Shown: positions 10,142-20,417, counted from the stretch's first letter. The stretch: DNA of 64,000 bases from Candidatus Krumholzibacteriota bacterium (GCA_963727455.1 CAVSGG010000017.1:64001-128000), one strand, 5' to 3'. Program-made: numbers and translations. Notes: generated from the letters alone by a model not told the origin.

Positions 10142-11311
10142 ATGGGAAAGCTCCAAAAGATCGCAATTCTGACCGGCGGCGGTGACGTACCGGGACTCAA
10201 TGCGGCCATCAAGTCGGTGGCGAAACGGTGTCACGAGGACGGGGTCGAACTCGTGGGGATTCGCCGGGGTTGGCAGGGCATGGTCGAACTGGAACCGGAC
10301 ACTCCCGATCGCGACGCGGAATTGCTGGTCGAACTCGGACCCGCCGTCGTTCGCACCATCGACCGCAGCGGAGGTACCATTCTCCACAGCTCTCGCACCA
10401 ACCCGGGGGCCATGAGAGAGAAAGTTCTGCCCAAGAGCTTCGATCGTTCCGCGCATACTCCCGATGCCAGGGGGAGATGGGATTTGAGCGACCGGGTCCT
10501 GAAGACCCTGGAGCGCATCGGGGTGGACGCGGTGGTGGTGATCGGCGGGGACGATACCCTCAGTTATGCCGCACATCTGGACTCACTGGGTTGGCCGACG
10601 GTCGGGATTCCCAAGACCATGGACAACGACGTGAGCGGAACCGAGTACTGTATTGGTTTTTCCACGGCAGTGACGCGGAGCGTGGACATGATCACGCAAT
10701 TGCGGACTCCCGCGGGCAGCCACGAGCGGATCGCAGTCATCGAGTTGTTCGGTCGCAACTCGGGGCAGACCGCGCTGCGAATCGGCTACCTATCGGGCGC
10801 GGATCGCACGCTCATCTGTGAGGTGCCTTTCGATGTGGAGAGAATCTGCCGCTTCGCGATGGAAGATCAGGACCGCAATCCCAGCCACTATTGCATCATC
10901 GTCATCAGCGAGGGTGCCCACCCGTTGGGTGGCGAGGTGTTGGAGACGGGAGAGCCCGACGCCTATGGCCATCGCAAGCTCGGTGGAGTGGGTATCTGGC
11001 TGAGCGAGCAGATTCGTCACAGAACGGGACGCGAGACACTCGCCCAACGTCTGGGCTATCTCATGAGGGCGGGCAGCCCCGATTCACTCGATCGGATCGT
11101 CGCGATGAATTTCGGCAATCTGGCCTACGAGCTGCTGCGCAAGGGGCGTCACGGGAACATGACGGCTCTCATGGGCGGACGCTATGTGGCCACTCCCTTG
11201 GCCGCGGTCAATGCCGGCGCGCGCAAAGTCGACGTGGAGAGTTACTACGACGCAGAGCAGTACCTCCCCCGCACGCTGCGCGTGGAGGACCAGCCCATGT
11301 TCTTGAGCTGA
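10142..11311 (+). CDS. pfkA: 6-phosphofructokinase, probably PPi-dependent
   Basis: TGGGDVPGLN, IGGDDT, PKTMDND, ELFGRNSG. Confidence 0.88.
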   Translation: MGKLQKIAILTGGGDVPGLNAAIKSVAKRCHEDGVELVGIRRGWQGMVELEPDTPDRDAELLVELGPAVVRTIDRSGGTILHSSRTNPGAMREKVLPKSFDRSAHTPDARGRWDLSDRVLKTLERIGVDAVVVIGGDDTLSYAAHLDSLGWPTVGIPKTMDNDVSGTEYCIGFSTAVTRSVDMITQLRTPAGSHERIAVIELFGRNSGQTALRIGYLSGADRTLICEVPFDVERICRFAMEDQDRNPSHYCIIVISEGAHPLGGEVLETGEPDAYGHRKLGGVGIWLSEQIRHRTGRETLAQRLGYLMRAGSPDSLDRIVAMNFGNLAYELLRKGRHGNMTALMGGRYVATPLAAVNAGARKVDVESYYDAEQYLPRTLRVEDQPMFLS

Positions 11312-11353
11312 GCGGGACAGCGAAGTGCACCGGTACACCGAGGGGAAGCGAAG

Positions 11354-12190
11354 ATGAGCGAATTCGAACTCAAGAGCGATTTCGAGAGCGAGGTCCTGCA
11401 GGAGAGCACCCGGCAGCCGGTGTTGGTGGACTTCTGGGCGGCATGGTGTGGACCCTGCCGCACTCTGGGGCCAACGCTGGAGAAGCTTGCCAGCGAGGCA
11501 CAGGGACGCTTCAAGTTGGTGAAGGTGGACACCGAGGCGCACCCGGAGATTGCGCAACATCTCAGGATTCAGAGCATTCCGGCCGTCAAACTCTTCGTCG
11601 ACGGTCGGGTTGCCGCGGAGTTCGTGGGCGCTTTGCCCGAGGCGCGAATTCGCGCCTGGTTGGACCAGGAAATCCCCTCGGAGACCGATCGGCTCTTCCG
11701 GGCCGCGGAAGCCATACTGGCGGCAGGCGAGACCGAACGCGCTCGTGAGAGTCTGGAAATCGTCCTGCAAGCCGACCCTGAACACGTCGGCGCGCGCCGC
11801 CGCTTGGCCGAGATCACTCTCTTTTCGGATCCGGACGCCGCCCGCGCTTATCTCGAGCCGATCGCCGGCACCGAAGAGGGCGACGACAGGGTGGAGGAGC
11901 TGCTGCAACTCGCGCATCAGGCCACACTCGTGGAGGCGAAACTCCTGAAGACGGTCGAAGGACACCAGCCCAAGGCGAAGTGGGTGGATCTCTACCTCGA
12001 GGGCAATCGCGCGCTCGCAAAGCAGGATTTCGCCGCCGCATTGGGCGCTTGGATCGAGGTTCTCACCTTCGATCGCGAGCTGGACGACGACGGGGCTCGC
12101 AAGGCCTGTATCGCGCTCTTCCATTACTTGGGAGAGGACCATCCTCTCACGCGCGAACTCAGTTCCGCCTTCAGCTCAGCCCTGTTCTGA
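11354..12190 (+). CDS. Thioredoxin-TPR chaperedoxin (YbbN/CnoX-like)
   Basis: DFWAAWCGPC followed by TPR-like helices. Confidence 0.88.
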   Translation: MSEFELKSDFESEVLQESTRQPVLVDFWAAWCGPCRTLGPTLEKLASEAQGRFKLVKVDTEAHPEIAQHLRIQSIPAVKLFVDGRVAAEFVGALPEARIRAWLDQEIPSETDRLFRAAEAILAAGETERARESLEIVLQADPEHVGARRRLAEITLFSDPDAARAYLEPIAGTEEGDDRVEELLQLAHQATLVEAKLLKTVEGHQPKAKWVDLYLEGNRALAKQDFAAALGAWIEVLTFDRELDDDGARKACIALFHYLGEDHPLTRELSSAFSSALF

Positions 12191-12229
12191 GCGCTTCATT
12201 GTGCAGGTGTACATTCTGCCGGCACAAAC

Positions 12230-13633
12230 TCATCGCACCAGAATCAGTTTCAATGCGGACACGCCCACGTCAGCAGGGCGCGCCCAGTAGACTCCACTCG
12301 CGACCGTCTTGCCCGCGCGATCGCGCCCGTCCCAGTGATAGAGCAGCCGATCGGAGTCGCCCTCGCTGGGCCGAAGTCGTGTCACGAGCCTACCGCGAGC
12401 GTCCAGGATCATAAGTTGAGGCCGGCCACTGGCGGCGCTGAGTTCCAGATTCACGCGGGGGTTGAAGGGGTTAGGCCAGGCGCTGAGCCGCGCCCGCTCC
12501 CGCGCGGGAGGTGTCCCGGTGATCGGACCCTCCGGGCTACCGTCGCGCAGCACCAGATCGAAGGGGGGGAGCCCGACGCCGATGGGTCCGGCCAGGGCGG
12601 CCTTGCTAAACGCGTCGTAGACGCGGATCCCCGGATTCTGCGCATTCCGATCGGAGACGTACACTTTGCCCTGCTGTGAGATCTCCAGGTCACTCAAATC
12701 GAAACCGCTGGAGGTGAGAACCGTGTCGAGAACTGCGCCACTGCTCACCTCGAAGCGCAGCAGCAGAGTCTGGAATGAGGAATTGCTCACGATGGCCCAA
12801 CCCAGGTCGCTCGAGGCGAGCCGCGCCGCCTGCAGATTTCCGCCAAGCTGTGCCTCGGTGGTCACGAATCCCTCGCTCTGCCGCGTGAAGGGATTCACCA
12901 CTGCGAGTCCGCCATCCAGCAACGGAAATTCCCCACTGCAGATCACGAGCAGACGATTCAAATTCCGTTCGTACCACAGATCTCCGCTGGGATTTTGTGC
13001 CGGCAGTAGGATGGGGTCGATCGCTGGCGTGCCGGCAACCGCGTCCACCGGTTGGTCGGTGCGCGTGTCGATGACAACCAGGCAGGAGCCTCCAGCGGGC
13101 GGAAGATTGCTCTGCAGGCGATCGAGGCGCTGCAGCGCGACGAAGGCGAAATCACCTACCGCAGCCACCTGAGCCATCTCGGGGATACCATCGGCGTCTG
13201 CGAAAGGTGCGAGATCGACCGTGGCGAGCAAGCTACCGTGCAACGGTTCCACGACCCACAACTGAGTTTCTTCCAAACGCGTCAAGTAGGCGCGTCCGGG
13301 ACGCACGACTTCGAGGTCCTGCGGATTGGAATCGAGCCCGGTGGAGTATTGATCGATCACCCCGTAGCCGGAGGTGGCGTCCAAGACCAGCACGTTATCC
13401 GCGAGATAACGGTTGATCACGAAGATGGTGTTTTGATTGCGGCGCGCGACCGCGTCACCGTGGATAGTGTAGAGATCGTTCGTGGGGGTATAGGGGGCAT
13501 CCAGAAGCATGACCGAGGTGGAACCGGTGGATTCGAAGGTCGTGGTGGTGCAGAAGAGATCCTGTGCGGGAGCCTTCGTAGGGACACCCACCAGGAGAAG
13601 CAACAAAGTGTAGCCGAGTTCAACTCGCGTCAT
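12230..13633 (-). CDS. Secreted YncE/BtuG-like beta-propeller protein with FlgD-Ig/T9SS-type C-terminal domain
   Basis: Signal peptide; blade-like repeats (FVINR, SNPQD...RAYLT, AFVALQRL, KVYVSD); CTD AWPNPFNP...WDGRDRAGKTVASGVY...KLILVR; overlaps the receptor stop. Confidence 0.7.
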   Translation of the reverse strand: MTRVELGYTLLLLLVGVPTKAPAQDLFCTTTTFESTGSTSVMLLDAPYTPTNDLYTIHGDAVARRNQNTIFVINRYLADNVLVLDATSGYGVIDQYSTGLDSNPQDLEVVRPGRAYLTRLEETQLWVVEPLHGSLLATVDLAPFADADGIPEMAQVAAVGDFAFVALQRLDRLQSNLPPAGGSCLVVIDTRTDQPVDAVAGTPAIDPILLPAQNPSGDLWYERNLNRLLVICSGEFPLLDGGLAVVNPFTRQSEGFVTTEAQLGGNLQAARLASSDLGWAIVSNSSFQTLLLRFEVSSGAVLDTVLTSSGFDLSDLEISQQGKVYVSDRNAQNPGIRVYDAFSKAALAGPIGVGLPPFDLVLRDGSPEGPITGTPPARERARLSAWPNPFNPRVNLELSAASGRPQLMILDARGRLVTRLRPSEGDSDRLLYHWDGRDRAGKTVASGVYWARPADVGVSALKLILVR

Positions 13634-15743
13634 CTTTGCCTCCGATTCCGAGAGAGAGGAGAAAGCGACGTCCGGGAAGCGGCCAACCGTAGAGATCGAA
13701 GAGTTGCCGGTTGTCGCTCAGGTTCTCCACTCTCGCGTCGAGCTTCACCCTCAGGACATGCAGGCGAATCCAGATTCCGTGAAGCGAGCGCGAGGGGATC
13801 TTTTCCCGCCCGTTTCGGTCGAGAGTGTTATCGCCCATTGCGGTGAACTCGTATCCCGCGCTCCAGATTCCGTGGCTGATTGCCGCGCGCGCGCGTAGCT
13901 GATAGCCCGGCCGACCCGGCAGGGGCTGGCCCTGAAAGGTCGCATTGTCACTGCGATCCCGCGTGCGCAGCCAGGTTCCGTTGAAGCCCAGCGTCAGCGG
14001 TCCCAACCGGGAAAGCTGCAAGTCAGCTTCGACGCCCTTGATCTCGGCCGCGCCGATGTTCTGAGCTGTCGCGGTACGCTGACTGTTGCGAACGAATGTG
14101 ATGAGCTGAGAGCTGTCGTTGTGAAAGATGCTGAGCATCAAGCGGCGACTTGCTGCGTGTTGCGTGAGGACCAATCCCAAGTCACGATTGGTTCCCACTT
14201 CCGGTACCAAATCGGGATTCCCGATGACACCTCCGCGGTTTCCAAATCGTTCGATGAGCGTGGGCACACGCTCGTATTCTCCGAGATTGCCTTTCAGAAT
14301 GAGATGCTCGCCGATCAAGTAGCGAAGATCGAGCTGATAGGTATGGGCCCAGGTATCAGCGGACTCGCGCGGACCATTGGGCAAGTCGTAGTTCCCCAGT
14401 GGTGGCACGCCATGAAAGCGATCGTGGTGATATTCGATGCGGGCACCCGGGCTCAGCGAGAGACGCTCATCGAAGGCTCGGAATTCCGGCTCCAATGCGG
14501 CCGCGAGAGTGAGACGGGTTTGAGGTGCTCCCTTCTCCTTCGTTGGCCACAGGCGTCGGCTCTGCAGCCGCGCCCAGCGCGTCTCCAGGCGCCAGCTGTC
14601 GCGACCGCGCTCTGTCAAGGAACCCAGGGCATTGACCCCCATGCTCTGCGTGAGGTCCCGGCGTTCTTCGCGCACCAGACTCAGTTCCCCGTTCTTGTCG
14701 TCGAAGCCCTGTTGATCGATGCGATGATACAATTCGAGTTTTCTCAGGCGGCTGCTCCGCGCGCGCGAGGAGATGAGCGCTGCGCGAAAGTGATGGGTGA
14801 GGGTCGAGCTGCGCGCGTCCTTGGCCTGGAGGTCCCTTCCGGGCAGTCCATACTCCCGGCCGTCGAGTAGTTCGCTGATCTGCAGGTCCCAACGATCCCC
14901 CGCTCGGTACGCACTCAGCATGCCCCCGCCGGCCGAGACATCGTTGTTGCGGCGCACCGCTTCGAAATCGTCACGCGGGTTGTAAGGGGTTCGATTGTCG
15001 AATTTGTAGGAAAAGTCGCCGTTGCTGCTGAGATAGCGTCCTCTGCCCAACAGAGTCCAAGCTCCCAGCCGCTTGGACGATCCGGCTTGGACTTGGTAAG
15101 TGTCATACGAACCGGCGGTGGTGCGGGTCCAGCTACTCTCCGGTCCTCTCGCACTCACCAGGTGAATGGCCCCCCCGAGCCCGGGTCCACCCAGGACCAG
15201 GGGTGCCGCGCCGCGGTACACTTCGATGCGTTGCAGAGATTCCAGGGGTATGTCGGAGAGGTTGACGCTGCCGCTGCCAGGTTCAGCGAGAGGAACTCCA
15301 TCCAGAAATACCGGCGATTGCGCCGCGGTAGAGCCCCGAATGCTGGCGCTGCTGTAGGAGCCGAGCCCTCCCGACTCCCTTACCGTCACCCCGACCGCAT
15401 CCGAGAGCACCGAGGCAGCGCTCTCCAGGCCCCCCGACCAACTGGAGCGGAGAATGACCGAAGCAAAGCCGCCCTCGCGGTCCAGGATTTCTTGCCGACG
15501 TCTTTTCCGCGCACTCACTTCCATGGTGGGCGCGAGATACACTGCGGTCGAATCGTCCATCCGCAAGGGTGTGAGAATGAGGGTCGAGTCGGGGGGAGAC
15601 TTGCCCGGCGAAGGATCGGAAGCGTACGCAGGCGTTGTCCTCGAGACGAAGAGTGAAACCGAAAGCAGAATGAAAAACGCCGAGAGAACCCGGGCCCGCC
15701 GGATGCGGGCAGCGTCCTCAGCCGGACGCACAAGCGCCACCAT
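13620..15743 (-). CDS. btuB: TonB-dependent receptor, BtuB-like (cobalamin)
   Basis: Plug motifs SIRGS...VFLDGVP, RIEVYRG; GNPDLVPE; C-terminal ENL...PLPGRRF; directly downstream of cobalamin riboswitch. Confidence 0.8.
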   Translation of the reverse strand: MVALVRPAEDAARIRRARVLSAFFILLSVSLFVSRTTPAYASDPSPGKSPPDSTLILTPLRMDDSTAVYLAPTMEVSARKRRRQEILDREGGFASVILRSSWSGGLESAASVLSDAVGVTVRESGGLGSYSSASIRGSTAAQSPVFLDGVPLAEPGSGSVNLSDIPLESLQRIEVYRGAAPLVLGGPGLGGAIHLVSARGPESSWTRTTAGSYDTYQVQAGSSKRLGAWTLLGRGRYLSSNGDFSYKFDNRTPYNPRDDFEAVRRNNDVSAGGGMLSAYRAGDRWDLQISELLDGREYGLPGRDLQAKDARSSTLTHHFRAALISSRARSSRLRKLELYHRIDQQGFDDKNGELSLVREERRDLTQSMGVNALGSLTERGRDSWRLETRWARLQSRRLWPTKEKGAPQTRLTLAAALEPEFRAFDERLSLSPGARIEYHHDRFHGVPPLGNYDLPNGPRESADTWAHTYQLDLRYLIGEHLILKGNLGEYERVPTLIERFGNRGGVIGNPDLVPEVGTNRDLGLVLTQHAASRRLMLSIFHNDSSQLITFVRNSQRTATAQNIGAAEIKGVEADLQLSRLGPLTLGFNGTWLRTRDRSDNATFQGQPLPGRPGYQLRARAAISHGIWSAGYEFTAMGDNTLDRNGREKIPSRSLHGIWIRLHVLRVKLDARVENLSDNRQLFDLYGWPLPGRRFLLSLGIGGKDDAS

Positions 15744-15777
15744 TCCTCCCCCTCGAAGGTCATCGGTGGAACGCCCG

Positions 15778-15958
15778 GGGTCGGTCTCCTGGCTTCCGGC
15801 TCTTACCGAATGCCGCGCCTTCCCGGGGTGTCCCCCAGTGGCGTCGTGCAGCATTTGTCGCCGGTCACAGTGGCGGGGCCGCGCTGGTCTTTCACCAGAC
15901 TTCCACGTTTGTCCCGCCGGGCGTCGATGTGAGTCCCGCGCGAGCGGGACCAAAGACA
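15778..15958 (-). ncRNA. Cobalamin (B12) riboswitch
   Basis: Minus strand reads GGAAGTCTGGTGAAAGACCAGCGCGGCCCCGCCACTGT ... GCCACTGG ... GGGAAGGC ... AGCCAGGAGACC (B12 box); upstream of TonB receptor. Confidence 0.92.
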
Positions 15959-16031
15959 CTCTAGGACCAATCGGAGAAGCAGCGCAAGCGGGAACTCGAT
16001 CAGGTGGGCAAAACGAGGATCACGCCTGGAT

Positions 16032-17705
16032 TCAGCCCCGAGCTTTCTCGCCGGCCTTTTCGATCCACAGCCGGGAGGAGGCGTAATCGAGGAAGAGATG
16101 GAAGCGCGAGAGAATCCCCGCTCCCAGAACTCCCGCAACGTCGGTGCTGCCCATGACTCCCTCGTTGCTGGTGGAGAAGTTGGTTGGGAGGTCCTCGAAG
16201 ACAAAGCTTCCCAGCTCGAAGCGCCGTAGTGAACCGCGTAGAGCGTGGCTGCTGCCGCCGATTCCGCGCACACCTGCAGGGGACATCTCCCCGCGATTTT
16301 CGGACTTCAGCAGCTCGTGTCGCTCGACGAAAGGCGCACTGAGATCTAATTCGTTGTCGCTCCCAGTATCGAGATGGACCCAGGCCTGGATTCCCTCGAT
16401 CGAGACTCTGGCGGTGGGAACATTCGCGTCCATGCGCAGGGGAATTTCTTCTGCGTGCTTCGGAGGCGTAAAATCGCGCCGCGAATGAAACTGCACCCAG
16501 CGCTCGTCGTAGGCGATCTCGATGATGCTCTGATTGAGCGTGTCATAGCCCAACACTCCGGTCACCGTTTCCTCGCTCAGAAGTGAAGTCACCGAGGACA
16601 GATCCAGACTCACCCAGCTCTGCGCGGGAAACTCCATCCGGCCCAGTGCGAGACTCTCGATCTGTACCAGTGCGGCCGGCGCGTTACCGGCGGCGCCAGT
16701 GGCCTCGAGTTCCCCCTGCGATGAGAGGCCCAGCTGCGGCAACTGAGAGCTATCGAGAATGCTGCTACCGGCGCCGGTATCCAGCAGAAACAGCCCCTCG
16801 TGATCCCGATTCAGAGTCCCGCGCAGGAGGATGTGACCTCCGGCCCCCACCATCGTCAAGCGACCGCTCTCGCTTCCGCCATGGAAGATGGGACCGTTCC
16901 GCTGGCTCGGCGGTGGGCGATAGGCCTCTTTGCCGCGGGGTGGTGCGAACTCGGCCAGCTCCAACTTGGCGCTGAGAATCATGTCGCCGGTCTCCATGCG
17001 GAGGCGGTCGGGTATCCAGGTTCCGTCGACTTCGCGGTAGTGCTCGAAGACCGTCTTCAATTCCATCTGTCCGTTGTTCCAGCTCGATTCGGCCAGCCGG
17101 AAGGTCTTGGGATCCAGAGTCAAATATTCAGGCTCCTTCCCCAAGAGCTGCAGGGAGATCCGTGGGCGGCCGCTTTCATCCGCTGGCGCGAGTTTCAGAA
17201 AGAAGGGTACGGGCGGACGCTTTAAAACGTAGGCTCCCAAATTCACGATCGATTCCAGAATGGCTCCGGTCTCCTCGTTTCCGGGAGCATCGCGCACCAC
17301 TCCGTTGCGATCCATAATCCAGGCCCGAGTGCCGTCGTATCCACTCTCGAGACTCAGAGGTCCCAAGCGGAGACGACTCCAACCGCACAGGGGAGACTCG
17401 TTCCAGCTCTCCACCGTGCCGTGCAGGCCCAGCCCGCTCACATCGGCTTTGATGTGGAGCGCGGAATCAAAGCTGTTGGTCCGTGAATACCCCATGGCCG
17501 CTGCGTGCCGATCGAGCAGTTCTTGCAAGCCGAGTTTACTGGCAAGCGCACGAGTCGAGTCGACCGCGTCCACTCGCGCGGCAAGCGTCTCAGCGAGCGC
17601 GGACGAAGGCCTCGGCGCACTCAGGGCGAGCAGCAGCCCGAACGCGGCCAGGAAACTGATGAGCTTGATTCTGGCGCGAATGGTCCCGTCCTCCGCCGTG
17701 GTCAT
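16032..17705 (-). CDS. Secreted aspartyl protease with two retropepsin-like domains
   Basis: LLDTGA...GVLG and HLDTGS...GVLG; signal-like N-terminus. Confidence 0.8.
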   Translation of the reverse strand: MTTAEDGTIRARIKLISFLAAFGLLLALSAPRPSSALAETLAARVDAVDSTRALASKLGLQELLDRHAAAMGYSRTNSFDSALHIKADVSGLGLHGTVESWNESPLCGWSRLRLGPLSLESGYDGTRAWIMDRNGVVRDAPGNEETGAILESIVNLGAYVLKRPPVPFFLKLAPADESGRPRISLQLLGKEPEYLTLDPKTFRLAESSWNNGQMELKTVFEHYREVDGTWIPDRLRMETGDMILSAKLELAEFAPPRGKEAYRPPPSQRNGPIFHGGSESGRLTMVGAGGHILLRGTLNRDHEGLFLLDTGAGSSILDSSQLPQLGLSSQGELEATGAAGNAPAALVQIESLALGRMEFPAQSWVSLDLSSVTSLLSEETVTGVLGYDTLNQSIIEIAYDERWVQFHSRRDFTPPKHAEEIPLRMDANVPTARVSIEGIQAWVHLDTGSDNELDLSAPFVERHELLKSENRGEMSPAGVRGIGGSSHALRGSLRRFELGSFVFEDLPTNFSTSNEGVMGSTDVAGVLGAGILSRFHLFLDYASSRLWIEKAGEKARG

Positions 17706-17728
17706 GGTCTCTCGACTCTCTCTTGGAT

Positions 17729-18493
17729 TTAGCTCAGATGGAAGCTCTCGGCCACGAGCTTGATCGCAAACGCGACGACGCAGACCACCAACAGCCGTCT
17801 CACCCACACTTCACCCCGTTGCACCTGCAAGTGCGTGCCCAAGTAGCCGCCGAGCATGGTGCCGCCTCCCAGGACGAGCCCCGGGAGCCAACGCACCTGG
17901 CCGGCGTGCCAGAAGATGATGAGCGCGAAGACCTGGAGAAAGAGCACCGTGAAGACCTTGGTCGCGTTGGCGCGCACCAGATCCAGGCCTCCCAGACGCG
18001 CCAAGGCTGCAATGATCAGAAAGCCGGCACCGGCTTGAATGACTCCGGCATAGATTCCCAGGAAGAAGTAGCTCAGCGCCAAGAGTATGGGGTGCCGAGC
18101 CGGTGCCTGGCCGGGACGATCGCCTCGCTTGCGCAGAATGATGTAGAGGACGAGAAGAAGGATGACCGCGAGAATGCGACGAAACCAGACTTCGTTCAGA
18201 TCGAGAGCGATGCGCGTTCCCAACCAGGCGCCCGGTAGCGAAGGGAGAAGGAGAAGCAGACCCAGGCGCAGGGGCAGACGCCCGCGTTGCGCGAAGGTCG
18301 CCGAAGAGACCGAATTCTGCAGGACCAATCCCACGCGGTTGGTAGCGTTGGCCACGGTGGTAGGCAGCCCCAAGAAGATGAGGGCGGGAAGAGTGATGAG
18401 AGAACCGCCTCCGGCATTCACGTTGATGAAGCCGGCCACCCCTCCTGCGAGCAGTAGGAGGAAGAGACGCAGGGGCTGAAATCCTTCGAGCAT
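17729..18493 (-). CDS. Sulfite exporter TauE/SafE family protein
   Basis: AGFINVNAGGGSLITLPAL, ANATN; duplicated TM halves. Confidence 0.88.
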   Translation of the reverse strand: MLEGFQPLRLFLLLLAGGVAGFINVNAGGGSLITLPALIFLGLPTTVANATNRVGLVLQNSVSSATFAQRGRLPLRLGLLLLLPSLPGAWLGTRIALDLNEVWFRRILAVILLLVLYIILRKRGDRPGQAPARHPILLALSYFFLGIYAGVIQAGAGFLIIAALARLGGLDLVRANATKVFTVLFLQVFALIIFWHAGQVRWLPGLVLGGGTMLGGYLGTHLQVQRGEVWVRRLLVVCVVAFAIKLVAESFHLS

Positions 18494-18599
18494 GGGAGCA
18501 GGCTAGAGCCAGCAGAAGCTCGTGTCGAGCTTTGCCTGCAGCTCGAGTGAATTCCGCAGCGACTGGATTTGGAGCTGGTTTTCGCGCATTTCGGTTGCC

Positions 18600-18628
18600 T
18601 TGCCCGGCAAGGGCTTGTGGTTTAAGGT
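18600..18628 (+). promoter_or_regulatory. sigma70-type promoter candidate
   Basis: TTGCCC-17nt-TAAGGT. Confidence 0.5.
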
Positions 18629-18673
18629 GGGATGGCTCACGAAGGCTCACACCCGCCGCAAGGGGCGTCTTCC

Positions 18674-19519
18674 ATGCAGGATGAACGTTGGAGCGTCGCG
18701 ATACTCAGCGACGGCTTTTACTTACTCGACGGCGGCTCCATGTTCGGAGTGGTACCGCGAGTGTTATGGGAGAAGAAGCACGAACCGGACGACAAGAACC
18801 GCGTGGTTCTGGCTCTGAACTGTCTGCTCTTGCGCAACGGGGAGCGCATCGTTCTGGTCGACAACGGAATGGGGGATGGGTGGAGTGAGAAGGAGCTCGC
18901 GATCTACGGCCTGCAGCGGCCCAACGGCAACTTGGTGGAGGACCTGAGCCGGCACGGTTTGGCGCCGGAACAGGTGACCGACGTCATCCTCACGCATCTG
19001 CACTTCGATCACGCGGGCGGCACCATCACCCACGAGGGCGAGAAGTCCCGGCTCACCTTCCCCAACGCAGTGCACTGGCTCCAGAAGTCGAACCTGCAGT
19101 GGGCCGAAAGCCCCACAGAACGCGACCGTGCGAGCTACCTGCGCCCACGGTGGGAACCCCTACTGGAAGAGAAAGGCCGCCTCGAGCTGGTGGACGGCGC
19201 CAAAGAAATCATGCCCGGAATTCGCACCCTGCCGGTGAGCGGTCATACTCCGGGGCAACAGTTGGTGGTGGTGAACGGTGAGGAGGGACCTGTTCTCTTC
19301 GCGGGAGATCTCATTCCCTTCGCCAGCCAACTCCGCGTGCCTTGGATCATGGCCTACGATCTGAATCCTCTGCTCACTCTCAGCGAGAAGAAAGACATCC
19401 TAGCCCGCGCAGCGGCCGAGGACTGGACCCTGGTCTTCGAACATGACAGGGAAATTCCCGCCGCACGAATCGAGTCCACGGATCGCGGCTACGCAGTACG
19501 GGAACAGGTGGAATTCTGA
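18674..19519 (+). CDS. MBL-fold metallo-hydrolase (YtnP-like)
   Basis: LDGGSMFGVVP, THLHFDHAGG, GHTPG, AGDL, MAYD. Confidence 0.9.
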   Translation: MQDERWSVAILSDGFYLLDGGSMFGVVPRVLWEKKHEPDDKNRVVLALNCLLLRNGERIVLVDNGMGDGWSEKELAIYGLQRPNGNLVEDLSRHGLAPEQVTDVILTHLHFDHAGGTITHEGEKSRLTFPNAVHWLQKSNLQWAESPTERDRASYLRPRWEPLLEEKGRLELVDGAKEIMPGIRTLPVSGHTPGQQLVVVNGEEGPVLFAGDLIPFASQLRVPWIMAYDLNPLLTLSEKKDILARAAAEDWTLVFEHDREIPAARIESTDRGYAVREQVEF

Positions 19520-19520
19520 G

Positions 19521-20417
19521 GTGAAGCAGGAGAAACGCACTCGACACGTGATGGGCCAGCCCCGCCTCGGCAAACCGAGCTGGCTCCGGGTGAAACCGCG
19601 TTCGGGGCAGGAGTACTTCGAACTTCGGCGTCTTTTCCAAAGCAAGCAACTGCACACGATCTGCAGCGAAGCCAAGTGCCCGAACACGGCGGAGTGTTGG
19701 AGCCAGCGCACGGCGACCTTCTTGATTCTGGGAGAGAAGTGCACGCGTCGCTGTACGTTCTGCAACGTGGGATACGGCTGGAGCGGCGAACTCGATTGCG
19801 ACGAACCAAGGCGTTTGGCCGAAGGCGTGGATTCGCTGGACCTCCGGCACGTGGTCCTCACTTCCGTCGACCGCGACGATCTGCCGGACGGAGGAGCCGC
19901 AATCTTCGTGGAAAGTATCCAGCGCCTGCGCGGACTGAAGAAGGATCTCCGGGTAGAAGTCCTTACTCCGGACTTTGCGAAGAAGGAGGGCGCGCTGGAG
20001 CGTGTACTCTCGGCCGGTCCGGACGTCTTTGCACACAATTTGGAGACGGTCCAGCGTCTCTACCCCGGGGTTCGGCCGCGTTCGTCCTATTCGGGCTCGC
20101 TCGAGGTCCTGCGCGCGGCGGCCCGGCATCCCGCAAAACCGGTGGTGAAGACGGGCATCATGGTGGGCTTGGGGGAGAGCCCGGAGGAAATCGACGAGCT
20201 CATGCGCGATGCCACCTCAGCTGGGGTCCAGATACTGACCGTGGGACAATACCTCCAACCGAGCTCGCGTCACCACCGAGTCGAACGTTTTTACACTCCC
20301 GGAGAATTCCGGGAGATCGCGGAACGGGGGCGGGCTCTCGGCCTGCCCTGGGTCGAATCGGGTCCCCTCGTGCGATCGTCCTATCATGCCGCAGAGCAAC
20401 ACGGAGCCCTCAGCTAA
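19521..20417 (+). CDS. lipA: Lipoyl synthase
   Basis: CX4CX5C (CSEAKCPNTAEC), CTRRCTFC, C-terminal RSSY. Confidence 0.95.
   Translation: MKQEKRTRHVMGQPRLGKPSWLRVKPRSGQEYFELRRLFQSKQLHTICSEAKCPNTAECWSQRTATFLILGEKCTRRCTFCNVGYGWSGELDCDEPRRLAEGVDSLDLRHVVLTSVDRDDLPDGGAAIFVESIQRLRGLKKDLRVEVLTPDFAKKEGALERVLSAGPDVFAHNLETVQRLYPGVRPRSSYSGSLEVLRAAARHPAKPVVKTGIMVGLGESPEEIDELMRDATSAGVQILTVGQYLQPSSRHHRVERFYTPGEFREIAERGRALGLPWVESGPLVRSSYHAAEQHGALS

Noticed and set aside
15744-15959. N-terminal extension of the TonB receptor ORF
   Set aside because: Overlaps the cobalamin riboswitch; the real start is near 15743
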